Origin: Candidatus Borrarchaeum weybense
GTDB lineage: Archaea > Asgardarchaeota > Sifarchaeia > Borrarchaeales > Borrarchaeaceae
Direction of reading: 5' to 3'
DNA: 64,000 nt
Assembly (NCBI GenBank): GCA_019057385.1
Contig: JAHQJS010000007.1
Location: 651,685-715,684 of the forward strand
Positions 40,601 through 50,204 of the stretch are shown piece after piece (the first letter of the stretch is position 1; each line of letters begins with the position of its first letter). A program made the translations under genes and the position numbers. The notes under the pieces are model-generated. The model searched no databases and was not told the origin of the DNA. It worked only from the letters and a program-made list of their open reading frames with translations.

Positions 40601-41115
40601 TTTCTTAGATCAATTGATTTCATGTAATATTGTAGGCAAAGACAAAAAGCAAAAATGCCTAATCCTGCACCCCATGTCCTTGAAACAATGAATAACAGAA
40701 AATTTTCAGGAATATCATAGGTCCAGCCCCAATATGTCCATATTGGTTCTCCCGAGAATGCTGTCAAGTCAAGATAAACAATAATCAAAGCTGGAGCATA
40801 CATTAGTGGGTATGTAAGTTTATTTCTAAGTATTTTTACGTGTTCAGTAAAAACAAGTACAAAATGAAGCAAGAAAACTATCGTGAGAGGCCATAAACTG
40901 TTCATTTTTAACCAAAAAGCTGCAATATGAAATTCTGTTGCACTTCGATAACCAAATTCTGTCATTGCCCAGTAGGCTTGAGAAAGACAGAAGATCATGA
41001 AAAGTCTGTTAATCCAGTTCTTTGAATCTTTTGACAATACAAAACTCCCTAAAAAGATTGACACAACGGCACTTAGTAGAGAGAATAGAGCGAACTCGTT
41101 CATTGTCAGACTCAC
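37690..41115 (-). CDS. Membrane sensor histidine kinase (7TM N-terminus, five PAS domains)
   Basis: HELRTPL H-box, NLLSNAIKY, DTGIGI, GLGLAI; repeated PAS ...DIT. Confidence 0.95.
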   Translation of the reverse strand: MSLTMNEFALFSLLSAVVSIFLGSFVLSKDSKNWINRLFMIFCLSQAYWAMTEFGYRSATEFHIAAFWLKMNSLWPLTIVFLLHFVLVFTEHVKILRNKLTYPLMYAPALIIVYLDLTAFSGEPIWTYWGWTYDIPENFLLFIVSRTWGAGLGIFAFCLCLQYYMKSIDLRKKKQAKYVSIGISFPVLLGIVTEWLLPSIQIRIPEFTASSAVLGSFFIGYAILRHELFILSPSTAADSVIATMSDALFLVSPEGKIISANLASLQLLEYKEHEMIQMPLENILINKNDNPGSVGCVFDNLIKAGNVNDVEMNIKTKNGYLIPISFSSSIMQDNEDNLAGIILIGRDITERKQMEKKITSYTENLEKLVEERTKAFKESEERLTAILTGIGDLVGIHNKDLDVIWINQAVRDRYGDIVGRKCYRAYKGLTKPCPECTVEAVFNEGKTVVTEQSHMNTNGTISNVLVTSSPVRNAEGNIFAVVEVAKDITELKNLEKQLKDYTENLENLVEERTKALSDSEEKQKAILAGIGDLITIQNEELDIIWANESTQDIWGDVIGKKCYKTYKGFDKPCPECTVETVFTEGQRFASEQTVRRLDGSWMNTLVTSSPMKDAEGNVVAVVETIKDITGRKELENALKDSEERYRGLYDSSIDGIVSLDSEGHIIECNQAFAEMLGYRKEELRDINIFNITPKRWYKASKENHRQLLELGYAEEFEKEYIQKDGTTVPVAIRGWPIKNQEGEIIGIWGIIRDITAQKQAEEKIKEYTENLERIVEQRTSDLKDSKERYRGLYESSIDGIVSIDLEGNIIDCNQALVDMIGYTKQDLNKMNFFELTPKKWNAKISKIITNQIIQRGYSDEFEAEGIRNDGKIFPVSTRSWVIKDQEGKATGMWGIVRDITEKKKVEKIKSQFINLAAHELRTPLSAMKAHVELLKIKSEHGYWELPNEVHDKIKIITRNADRLAALINNLLDYTRLEAGTRKIKQESGSLDTIIGQVINEVLPIAKIHGHKLELHSPNQLPQIQIDEDMIRSVFTNLLSNAIKYTPDGGMIEVKILEEEFNLHVSVKDTGIGIPENEFEKIFQPFHVTDFSESSRFQSEFARTGLGLAISKEYVKLHGGSIWVESKVGEGSTFHVILPKTN

Positions 41116-41384
41116 ACCATCTTTTTAAAGACCCCGAAACAATAGAAGGTTTATGAGAACTAAATTGCTTTTGAGTTATTACACCTCATTTACATTCACT
41201 ATAAAATGACTCTCAATAATTTAATATAAAGTTTCTGACAAGTTAATCGCACATTTAGAGCGCGCCTTTTTACTAAAAAGGTTTTTCAAAACACTTTTTG
41301 ATGATTACATGATTTTAAATACTAAAACAAAGGAAGACTGCTTAAGATACTATTTCGCTCTATTAAGTATTCGAGGACAAAATT

Positions 41385-42524
41385 ATGCAGAATAATCGAA
41401 TTTTCAAGATACTTCAAGAATTAGTAAAGATTCCTTCCCAATACGGTAATGAACAAAAGATTAGTTCGTGGATTTTTGATTTTCTTGCAGATCTAGGTTA
41501 TGAACCATACAAAGTTGAAGTTCCGGATAGTGGACCTGATGTCATTGCGGAATTCCATGTAGATTCAAACAAACCGTGGATTCTCTTGAATTCACATTCG
41601 GATACAGTTGAGGAAATGCGCGGTTGGACTCGGGATCCATATGGAGAAATTGTTGGTGAAAAATTCTATGGTATCGGCGCTTGTGATATGAAATCTGGTT
41701 TAGCTGTCCAACTTGGAATTATGGAAGGCTTACTTAAAGGAGAATTCAAACCTAACCTTAATGTTTTGTTTACGGCGGTTACTGATGAAGAACTTTGGTC
41801 ACGGGGTACTATTACTCTAATTGATAAAAATATCATTTCGCCCGACAAAGTCGCTTATGCAATTGTTGGCGAACCCCATTATTTAGGAAATTTTCTTGTT
41901 GGGAGGCGTGGAAGACTTATTTTGGATATTGTTGTACATGGAAAAGCTGCTCACGGTGCAACTCCAAAGAGAGGAGTCAATGCAATAAATGAGGTTGCTC
42001 GTATCGTTCAAAGTTTAGAAGCTCTAGATGTGGGATGGTTCCCTCAATTCAATATTGAAGGTAGTCAATGCTTCTTAGCTATTAATGGTGGTGTTAATAG
42101 TCTATCAGTACCGGAAACAGTCAAACTAGTATTAGACCGTCATTATCTTCCTATAGAAACTTCTGAAATGGTATTGGACGCAGTTCTTGACATTATTCAC
42201 AATACTGAATTAGATCCAGAGACAAAAGTTGAAGTAAGTATACACCCACGCCCTACACGTCAACCATTACCCTTTTATACTCCGCTAGATAATCCATTAG
42301 TACAAATAACTGCAGAAGAAGTCAAATTACAAACAGATATTGAACCTCGGTTTTTATTAGGTAGAACTGTGGCTGATAGCAATTTCGTTGGAATGTTGGG
42401 GATTCCTACTATTGATTTAGGGCCGTCAGGGAAAAAATCACATTCGGCTGATGAATGGTGCGATATCCCCTCGCTTGAAAAGATTTACAAGGTATATAAG
42501 GGCGTGCTATCAAAACTGCATTAA
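41385..42524 (+). CDS. M20 family metallopeptidase (ArgE/DapE-like)
   Basis: SHSDTV, GACDMK, DEE, GEP, HSADE. Confidence 0.9.
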   Translation: MQNNRIFKILQELVKIPSQYGNEQKISSWIFDFLADLGYEPYKVEVPDSGPDVIAEFHVDSNKPWILLNSHSDTVEEMRGWTRDPYGEIVGEKFYGIGACDMKSGLAVQLGIMEGLLKGEFKPNLNVLFTAVTDEELWSRGTITLIDKNIISPDKVAYAIVGEPHYLGNFLVGRRGRLILDIVVHGKAAHGATPKRGVNAINEVARIVQSLEALDVGWFPQFNIEGSQCFLAINGGVNSLSVPETVKLVLDRHYLPIETSEMVLDAVLDIIHNTELDPETKVEVSIHPRPTRQPLPFYTPLDNPLVQITAEEVKLQTDIEPRFLLGRTVADSNFVGMLGIPTIDLGPSGKKSHSADEWCDIPSLEKIYKVYKGVLSKLH

Positions 42525-42637
42525 AACTACTGACATATCTTGTCTTTAACCTCACCTATTCCAAATTCTGAGGCGTAGAACTATTAATGATGACTAGAAT
42601 GCCTAAATTATGAAAAAAAGAGAAAGTGACTGTTTAT

Positions 42638-42889
42638 CACTCCGCCGCAAGAAGACCCCTCAACTTGTAATTGTGTGTTTTAATTGTTTCACTTTCACGA
42701 TACTCCCTAACCTTTAAGTACTGATTCGCATAGATCGTAAGTAGAATTGAGCTGAGGTAACACTCGCCAGTTCTCACCTTAACTTCACATCGCGTTCAGG
42801 ACAGGGACTGCCCGTAGAGCCTGTTTGACATGTCCCGTTGGGGAATGGATGATTCAGGAAGCCAGCCTACTTGTAGGGTGGTAGTTCAC
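42638..42889 (+). mobile_element. ORF-less IS605-type element with TnpB-type omega-RNA scaffold
   Basis: TTTAT|CACTCCGCCGCAAGAAGACCCCTCAACTTG left end; right end GGACAGGGACTGCCC...GAGCCTGT...TCAGGAAGCC...GGGTGGTAGTTCAC. Confidence 0.75.
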
Positions 42890-42893
42890 TCAG

Positions 42894-43610
42894 TTAGCCC
42901 TTTGGCAAATAGGGCATCAGTAACGTGGCCAGCAGACGCATTTCACGGTTCTGTGTATATATAATTCCAGGACCTGTAAATCGCATAACTATGCCTTCGC
43001 CTCCAAGTAAGAAACTTTTCTTGCCTCCAACTTTTGATGTACGATATTGCATGTTTGCCGGGAACGCCATCATCACTCCAGTGTCAATGACAAATTCTTC
43101 GCCTGGGCCAATCTCGTGTCGTTCAATGTAACCATATCCACCGAGCCAGACATCACCTTCGGCTTCAGCAAAAACTTTTGTTAAAAATAACCCTTCACCA
43201 CCTAACAGGCTTGCAATTTTGCCCACTTGAGTGGTGACTTGAACCGAGGGAGTGCTTGCAATATATGCATCTTTACTTAAAGTCCATTCTTCTCCTTGAT
43301 TAAGATGTATGTGAATAATGTCTCCTGGTGCTCCATGAGCAAAAGCTATCATGCCAGACTTAGTTGAACCTTCTTCAAGTTCGAAGAAGTTCAGAAACAT
43401 TGATTCTCCAGAAAATTTTCTTTTCAAACCTCGTAAGATGCCTCCTGCTGATTTCGTTTTCATATCGACATGCCCATCCATATAAACCATTGCTCCGCCC
43501 TCTGCTACTACTTGTTGTCCTGGTTGGTCTAGATAAATGCGAACTACCGAAAATGCGGGACGTCCAGTAATTTCATATCTTAAAAACGATTTTTCCTTTT
43601 CTTCAGACAT
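42894..43610 (-). CDS. AIM24 family protein (TIGR00266)
   Basis: VAEGGAMVYM, GESMF, GGEGLF, IDTG, GPG.IY.Q. Confidence 0.9.
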   Translation of the reverse strand: MSEEKEKSFLRYEITGRPAFSVVRIYLDQPGQQVVAEGGAMVYMDGHVDMKTKSAGGILRGLKRKFSGESMFLNFFELEEGSTKSGMIAFAHGAPGDIIHIHLNQGEEWTLSKDAYIASTPSVQVTTQVGKIASLLGGEGLFLTKVFAEAEGDVWLGGYGYIERHEIGPGEEFVIDTGVMMAFPANMQYRTSKVGGKKSFLLGGEGIVMRFTGPGIIYTQNREMRLLATLLMPYLPKG

Positions 43611-43738
43611 TTTTCTTTCACCCTTTCAATTTTTTAAACGCTTTTAATTCAATTTATACCATAGTCATTTTCATCCTTTTATAGCTTGGTTTAACAGGCA
43701 GAAATCTTATTATACATTTCTTTATTAAGTTTTGAAAG

Positions 43739-44740
43739 GTGTTTGAAGTGTCTGAAATAATCATTTTATCTCAAGATGATGTAAGATCATGTCTTCCGAT
43801 GAGTGACGCTATTAAAGCGGTTACTGATGCTTACAAGGCTTTCGCACTAGGACAAGTTGAAATGCCTCAGGTTCAACACTTGGATGTGGCAAAATACAGA
43901 GGCGAAGTTGATATTAAATCGGGAGCTGCAGAGAACTTTGGACTAATTGGAACCAAGATTGCATCTGGTTATTATGATAATCCAAAACTAGGTCTACCAC
44001 CAGGATTTGCAGTCATCATCTTACTAGATCTAAAGACAAGCATGCCTCTCGCGATCATGGATGGATCATATGTTACTGCGGTCAGAACTGGTGCTGCGGG
44101 TGCTGTAGCTGCCAGTGTTCTTGCAAGAAAAGATGCTAAACGAGTGGGTGTTATTGGCTCAGGAACACAAGGGCGAATGCAGGTTTTGGCTCTAAATGAA
44201 ATTTTTCCTTTGGAGCAAGTAAAGGTATTCAATATTAACAAGGTTAACAGTGAGAAATATGCAGTTGAGATGAGTGAGCGACTTGGCATCGATGTTCAGG
44301 CTGTTGATACTGCTCAAAATGCTGTGAGTAATGTAGATATCGTTATTACGGCAGTTCCATCCAAAAAAGCTATGGTAATGGATGAATGGATTGAAGATGG
44401 CATGCATATAAATGCATTTGGAGCAGATGGTCCTGGCAAACAAGAACTAGATCCTAATATTATGAAACGAGCACAAGCAAAGATCGTGGTTGACAGCCTT
44501 AAGCAGTGTCGCGTGATCGGTGAAACCCAACATGCTCTTAAACAAGGCTTGATCCAAGAAAGTGATATCTACGCTGAGATTGGAGAGATTTTACTTGGAA
44601 ACAAAAAAGGAAGAGAGACCGAGGAAGAAATAACGGTTTTTGACAGTACAGGGTTAGCCGTTCAAGATATTGCGGCTGCGAATGTCGTGTATCAACTCGC
44701 AAAACAGAAGGATATGGGGAAACGCGTTAAGTTACTTTGA
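43739..44740 (+). CDS. Ornithine cyclodeaminase / archaeal alanine dehydrogenase family
   Basis: TAVRTGAAG, GSGTQG, GADGPGKQELD, FDSTGLAVQD. Confidence 0.9.
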   Translation: MFEVSEIIILSQDDVRSCLPMSDAIKAVTDAYKAFALGQVEMPQVQHLDVAKYRGEVDIKSGAAENFGLIGTKIASGYYDNPKLGLPPGFAVIILLDLKTSMPLAIMDGSYVTAVRTGAAGAVAASVLARKDAKRVGVIGSGTQGRMQVLALNEIFPLEQVKVFNINKVNSEKYAVEMSERLGIDVQAVDTAQNAVSNVDIVITAVPSKKAMVMDEWIEDGMHINAFGADGPGKQELDPNIMKRAQAKIVVDSLKQCRVIGETQHALKQGLIQESDIYAEIGEILLGNKKGRETEEEITVFDSTGLAVQDIAAANVVYQLAKQKDMGKRVKLL

Positions 44741-44779
44741 TTGAAAATATTTGATCTTATAAAGGAGTCCACGAATCGC

Positions 44780-45730
44780 ATGGTAACACTCCAAGATATT
44801 AAAGCAGCGAGGGAAGTCATAAGAACAGGTGTTAAAAAAACCCCTCTAATTCATTCAAAATTTTTAAGCAGTTATTGCGGTGGGACAGTTTACCTTAAGC
44901 TCGAAAACCAACAAATTACAAACTCCTTTAAAATCAGGGGGGCACTAAACCGAATGTCAAAGTTAAACCCTCCTGAAAAAAGACGAGGAGTCGTTACGGC
45001 ATCATCGGGTAATCATGCTCAGGCCGTTGCCCGAGTAGCTGAGCTGATGAATATTTCTGCAAGGATTTTTGTTCCAAAGAATACATCTAAGTCAAAGCTG
45101 GATAAAATTAAGAAATATAATGCCGAAATAGTACTTCACGGCGATTATGACGAAGTCGAGACAAAAGCAAGAGAAGTAGCGATAAAGGAAGGGTTAACAT
45201 ATATTAGTCCATATAACGATGAAAGTATCATCGCTGGCCAAGGAACAGTAGGTTTAGAGATTCTTGAAGATCTACCTAACGTTGATATCATCATTGTAGC
45301 AGTTGGGGGTGGAGGTTTAATTTCGGGTATAGCAATTGCAGCAAAAAGTATTAATCCAAACATCAAAGTTATCGGTGTGCAATCAGAAGCAGCAGCAACT
45401 GTTCACGAATCTTTGAAAGCGGGAAAAATCATTTGGATAAAAGAGGAAGAATCGATTGCAGAGGGATTACTGGGAGGCATTGAACAGGGTGCCATTACCT
45501 TTGAATTGATTAAAAAATATATAGATAATCTTGTGGTCGTTAAAGAAGAGACAATAAAAAATGCCATAAAAATACTATGGGAGAAGGACAAGCAAGTTAC
45601 AGAGGGCGCTGGTGCAATTGCTATTGCGCCCATATTGGAAAATAAAGATGAATTCAAAGAAAAAACTGTTGTTTCAGTAATAAGTGGAGGCAACATTGAA
45701 GAAAATCTCTTTAAGACAATCATAAACTGA
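44780..45730 (+). CDS. Threonine/serine dehydratase (PLP, no regulatory domain)
   Basis: LKLEN...SFKIRGA, SSGNH, GGGGL, SGGN; start MVTLQ after AGGAG. Confidence 0.9.
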   Translation: MVTLQDIKAAREVIRTGVKKTPLIHSKFLSSYCGGTVYLKLENQQITNSFKIRGALNRMSKLNPPEKRRGVVTASSGNHAQAVARVAELMNISARIFVPKNTSKSKLDKIKKYNAEIVLHGDYDEVETKAREVAIKEGLTYISPYNDESIIAGQGTVGLEILEDLPNVDIIIVAVGGGGLISGIAIAAKSINPNIKVIGVQSEAAATVHESLKAGKIIWIKEEESIAEGLLGGIEQGAITFELIKKYIDNLVVVKEETIKNAIKILWEKDKQVTEGAGAIAIAPILENKDEFKEKTVVSVISGGNIEENLFKTIIN

Positions 45731-45740
45731 AGCTGATTCA

Positions 45741-46751
45741 ATGAATTTGCTCGCTTTTGTATTTCTATTTATTGGGGCATATGTTGTAGTTTATTTCGGA
45801 GCTGACGTTTTTATTGACGGATTAAAGGATTTTAGTGAAAAACATCATTTGTCCCCTTTAATCATCGGATTACTGATTCTAGGCGTAGATCCAGAAGAAT
45901 CTGTTGCCTCAATTTTTGCCTCCATAGAAGGTCTTCAACACGTGGCAATTGGGAATGTCATTGGAAATACTATCATTGCAATCACAATAGCATTTGGACT
46001 TCCTGCGTTATTTTTCTCTCTAGATTTCGAAAGGATCCCGAGATTTTACCCTCTTTTGCTATGTCTTCTTACAACAACTGTGATTCTAGGAGTTTATTTG
46101 CCAAAAGGTTTGCTAATTTTTGGTTCGGTCAATTTAGCATTGTTTGGGTGGTACCTACTGCGTAATATTCGCGCATACAAAGTGCGTCATATTACTGAAA
46201 TAATCATTTCTGATGATGATGATGGTGATGAAAATAATAACCAAAGTGATGAAGATGAAGCACATCAAGAGACAAAAGAACTAAAAGAAGATTCTGATGC
46301 TATTATCATCGGAAAATCGCTATTAGGATTCATTCTCATCATTATCGGTGGCTTCTTTCTCATATTTGCTACTGAGAACATTATTATCATTACCGGTTTG
46401 ACTGAATCGTTGTTTGGGTTTTTAATAATAGCTTGGACAACAAACGCAGAAGAATTATTTTTAATCGTTTCAGCTATCAGAAAACACAACCAGGAACTGG
46501 GTATTGGAGCAGAAATCGGAAAAGTTGTATGGAATTTAGGCGTCACTTTTGGAATAAGCGGAATTATTCTTCAGGATTTAACACCTACGCCAATTTATCC
46601 AATTAACCTAGCAATTCTAGTGATAGTAATTTTAATGTTCACAGGAATCTCGATTAAAAATAAATTATCAAGAAGGATGGGGATATTGTTTCTTTTAATT
46701 CTCGTTGTTTTTGTGATTGTCAACAGTGTTTTTGGACTCCCAATAAATTAA
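45741..46751 (+). CDS. Sodium:calcium antiporter family protein
   Basis: Two alpha-repeats (DPEES...GNVIGN; NAEEL...GAEIGK) with acidic central loop. Confidence 0.8.
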   Translation: MNLLAFVFLFIGAYVVVYFGADVFIDGLKDFSEKHHLSPLIIGLLILGVDPEESVASIFASIEGLQHVAIGNVIGNTIIAITIAFGLPALFFSLDFERIPRFYPLLLCLLTTTVILGVYLPKGLLIFGSVNLALFGWYLLRNIRAYKVRHITEIIISDDDDGDENNNQSDEDEAHQETKELKEDSDAIIIGKSLLGFILIIIGGFFLIFATENIIIITGLTESLFGFLIIAWTTNAEELFLIVSAIRKHNQELGIGAEIGKVVWNLGVTFGISGIILQDLTPTPIYPINLAILVIVILMFTGISIKNKLSRRMGILFLLILVVFVIVNSVFGLPIN

Positions 46752-46837
46752 ATCTATCCAAGGTGCGCTAAACTTCCAGCTGCTAAAATGTTTGAAAATT
46801 AACTGTTAGTTTCAATTTTTCTGCTTAACTACTTTAT

Positions 46838-46947
46838 CATTTCACCGCAAGAAGACCCCTCAACTTGATGGGGGGATGAAAGTGAACACAAATTACCGCC
46901 ATTCATCACCCCGCTGAAGCGGTGGTGCTTTCTTGTTCAATCCTTTG
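46838..46947. mobile_element. Two head-to-head IS200/IS605 left-end remnants (families A and B)
   Basis: + strand TTTAT|CATTTCACCGCAAGAAGACCCCTCAACTTG (as at 42638); - strand TTTAC|...CAAGAAAGCACC...GGTGATGAAT (as at 53060). Confidence 0.65.
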
Positions 46948-47017
46948 GTAAATAGGGCATAAGTAAATAAACAAATAGTTCCAAAAATTCAAAAATCATC
47001 TTTATGGAAGCACGAAA

Positions 47018-47926
47018 ATGTGGACTGATCCCAACTATAGACGTTCTCTTCTCATAACAGCAGCGGCGCCTCTATGTTGGAGCATAGGTGGTCTTGGCAT
47101 AAGGATTGTAACCACCAATATATGGGAAACTGTTTTTTGGCGTGCTTTTTTCATGGGATTAACGGTACTAGTATTTTTAATCTTAAGAGACCAAAGGAGT
47201 TTTTTTAAATCCTTTAAAAGAAGCGGAATCCCAGGTGTGGCGACTGGAGTTTTTCTTGCAATGTCCATGATATTTTATGTGAATTCTCTTGCATATACCA
47301 CAGTGGCAAACGCACTTGTACTACAAGGGACTGCACCATTATTTGCCGCGCTATTTGGTTGGTTCTTACTTCGTGAACGGGTTGGAGTCAGAACAGGTCT
47401 AGCAGTTGTTATTGTGATGATAAGCATGTTTGCTATGGTATCTGACTCCCTGGTAACAGGAACATTGCTAGGAGATGTCTTCGCGTTGGGAAACGCTGTA
47501 TCGCTTGCAAGTTATATTATAGTTGTTAGAAGAACTCGCGAAATCAATTTAATTCCGGCAATATGTCTTGCTGGGTTTATTTCAGCGATTGTAGCTTTGC
47601 CATTGATGACAACCTATATGATCTCAGCACATGATCTCAGCATTTTGGTCACTCTTGGTGCAATTCAAGTAGGACTTGGTTCATGCTTGTTTGTAATAGG
47701 ATCTCGTAATTTGCAACCTGCCCAATCAGGACTTTTAACACTACTTGAAACCATTCTCGGTTCTCTTTGGGTATGGATTTTTATCGGTGAACAACCTACG
47801 ACAATCGCATTAATCAGTGGTGTAATAATAGTAATCACACTTGCTTTACATACGATTTTTGATTCTCGACTTTCTGAGAGTTCTCTCACTACAAGAAACA
47901 AGAAATCTCATCAGGATAATTACTAG
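47018..47926 (+). CDS. DMT/EamA family transporter
   Basis: 10 TM, TTVANAL...TAPLF...LRE, GEQP. Confidence 0.9.
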   Translation: MWTDPNYRRSLLITAAAPLCWSIGGLGIRIVTTNIWETVFWRAFFMGLTVLVFLILRDQRSFFKSFKRSGIPGVATGVFLAMSMIFYVNSLAYTTVANALVLQGTAPLFAALFGWFLLRERVGVRTGLAVVIVMISMFAMVSDSLVTGTLLGDVFALGNAVSLASYIIVVRRTREINLIPAICLAGFISAIVALPLMTTYMISAHDLSILVTLGAIQVGLGSCLFVIGSRNLQPAQSGLLTLLETILGSLWVWIFIGEQPTTIALISGVIIVITLALHTIFDSRLSESSLTTRNKKSHQDNY

Positions 47927-48351
47927 TTTATATGTTCATGTTAATATGGCCCTATAAAATACTTGATAACAAACAAGCTAATGTATATTTCTTTTATTGT
48001 CTTAGAAGAGCCAGATCAAGAATTTAAACTCTATACGAATTGGTAAGAATAGATTTTTCACTGAAAAAACTTATACGAGCAAATAATTCTTGGTTTTAAT
48101 CAATTAGATTACTTATTTTTTTGTGATGATAAATCATGTAGAATATCTGTAATAGTAAAATTTATATATAAGTTTAACTTAACCTTTCTGTTTGCAAAGG
48201 TAAACCATAAGATGAGATGCGAGTTTCAGGTTTTCTGAATACCGTTAAAATAATACTCATTAAACTTCGTTTTTGAAAGTATTATCTTAAATCGATACCG
48301 TACACCGTAAACCACCCGTGTCTTTGAGAAATTCAAGGAGAAACACTTTAA

Positions 48352-49317
48352 ATGAATGAATCCATTGATCTAAAGAAAACTCTTTATAAAGATATAGATA
48401 AAGCTTTTTGTCGAGAGGCTTTTTGTGCAGATTGTGGATCTGCGAATGTTGTCTGTGACGATACTCGTGGTGAGATTATTTGCAATGACTGTGGGTTAGT
48501 TATTGAAGAACATATGATGGATCTGGGGCCTGAATGGCGCAGTTACACGGCAGAAGAACGAAAGAAACGAAGTCGTGTAGGAAGCCCCATTAATTATTCA
48601 ATCCATGATAAAGGCTTATCAACTATGATTGGCCGTGAAAATAAAGACATTTATGGAAAAAAACTTGCACCCAGCCGACGTGCTGAAATTTACAGAATGC
48701 GAAAGTGGCAACGACGTACTCGGACGCATAGTTCTCGCGAGCGAAACCTTATTCAAGCGTTAAGTGAGTTAGACCGCTTAGCGAGTCAAATGGGTATTCC
48801 CCGATCAATTAAAGAAGAAGCTGCGATTATCTATCGAAAAGCATTAGAAAAACGCATGAGCCGTGGTACTACCATTGAAGTTATGGTTGCCGCTACCTTG
48901 TATGCGGCCTGTCGTATCAGAAAAATTCCTAGAACCTTAGATGAAACTGCAGAACACTCACGTACTAATAAAAAACAACTAGGACAGTGTTTCAGACAGC
49001 TTGTAAGGCTGGTTGATGTAGCAATCCCCATTAGTACACCAATTGATTTCATATCCCGGTTTTCTAACGAACTTTCACTTACTGGAAAAGCATCAGGACG
49101 CGCTATAAAGATCCTTGAAACAGCTAAAAAAGCAGGGATCACTGCTGGAAAGGATCCAACCGGATTGGCCGCAGCAGCTCTCTATATCTCTGGAATATTA
49201 GAAGATGAACGACGAACACAACGTGAAATCGCACGTGTTGCACGAGTCACAGAAGTTACAGTCAGAAACCGCTACAAAGAGTTAGTTAAAAACTTGCAGA
49301 TTGCAGTAGCAGTTTAA
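48352..49317 (+). CDS. tfb: Transcription initiation factor IIB
   Basis: Zn ribbon CADC..CNDC, GPEWR, two cyclin repeats, VTEVTVRNRYKEL. Confidence 0.97.
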   Translation: MNESIDLKKTLYKDIDKAFCREAFCADCGSANVVCDDTRGEIICNDCGLVIEEHMMDLGPEWRSYTAEERKKRSRVGSPINYSIHDKGLSTMIGRENKDIYGKKLAPSRRAEIYRMRKWQRRTRTHSSRERNLIQALSELDRLASQMGIPRSIKEEAAIIYRKALEKRMSRGTTIEVMVAATLYAACRIRKIPRTLDETAEHSRTNKKQLGQCFRQLVRLVDVAIPISTPIDFISRFSNELSLTGKASGRAIKILETAKKAGITAGKDPTGLAAAALYISGILEDERRTQREIARVARVTEVTVRNRYKELVKNLQIAVAV

Positions 49318-49445
49318 ATGCCCCAAAAAAGCTTCTCTTTTTTTTATTTTTTATTTGATGATAATAAAAGATTTATAAACACGGTTTTTTACAGAGTTTC
49401 TGTCAGGCTCTTGACTTTCTTGAACTACATATCTTGTTACTATAA

Positions 49446-50144
49446 ATGAAGGTCCCGAAAATGCACGGCGAAGTCGAAACTTCTATGATAACACGTTATT
49501 TCATGCTGATAGTCCACGTTTTTATTATAAATTTTGTTACTTGGGTTTATTTTGGCGGTGGAATAGAGTTAATCGGTAATTTGTTCGGTATCACTTGGCA
49601 ATCAGGTGATGTGACCCGTAGAATTATCCTTCTAATTTTTAGCATTGTTTTTTTCCTCAGACTTAATCTAACATCATTTTATTTGCTTCGGCGCAAAGTA
49701 GATTGGAAAGAAACAGGTGCAATCATTGGCGCAATTGTTTTCTATCAACTCGGATTCGCGTTAAGCGGTGGTGCCCAATCTGCACCCATCGATGTCGTAG
49801 ATTATATTGCTATCATTATTTTCTTTATAGGAAGTTTCCTCAATACAGGATCCGAGTTTCAGCGAAAACGATTCAAAGACCGACCAGAAAATAATGGACA
49901 ACTCTACACTGGCGGTCTATTTGGTTTCGCAAGACATATTAACTATTTTGGTGATACTGTCTGGTTAATTGGCTGGGCGATAATGACTCGCAACTGGTGG
50001 TCCGCCATCATGCCGATATTCTGCACATTAAACTTCGTGTTATTTTTAATTCCAATGCTCTCCAAGTATTTAGAAGAACGTTACAAAGAACAATATCGTA
50101 AATGGGCCAGCAAAACCAAGAAGTTTATCCCGTTTGTATATTGA
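49446..50144 (+). CDS. DUF1295 / steroid 5-alpha-reductase-like membrane protein
   Basis: FK..PEN.G.LYTGGLF...RH.NYFGD, KFIPFVY. Confidence 0.85.
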   Translation: MKVPKMHGEVETSMITRYFMLIVHVFIINFVTWVYFGGGIELIGNLFGITWQSGDVTRRIILLIFSIVFFLRLNLTSFYLLRRKVDWKETGAIIGAIVFYQLGFALSGGAQSAPIDVVDYIAIIIFFIGSFLNTGSEFQRKRFKDRPENNGQLYTGGLFGFARHINYFGDTVWLIGWAIMTRNWWSAIMPIFCTLNFVLFLIPMLSKYLEERYKEQYRKWASKTKKFIPFVY

Positions 50145-50204
50145 TTTTTCCTTAAAAACTATGAACGTTTCTTTACTTATTAGGCTTTAATTCAGATTAA
50201 GTAT

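Noticed and set aside
41258-41266. GCGCGC hexamers in AT-rich intergenic regions (also ~54361 and upstream of histones) as a shared motif
   Set aside because: Too short to support without genome-wide statistics.
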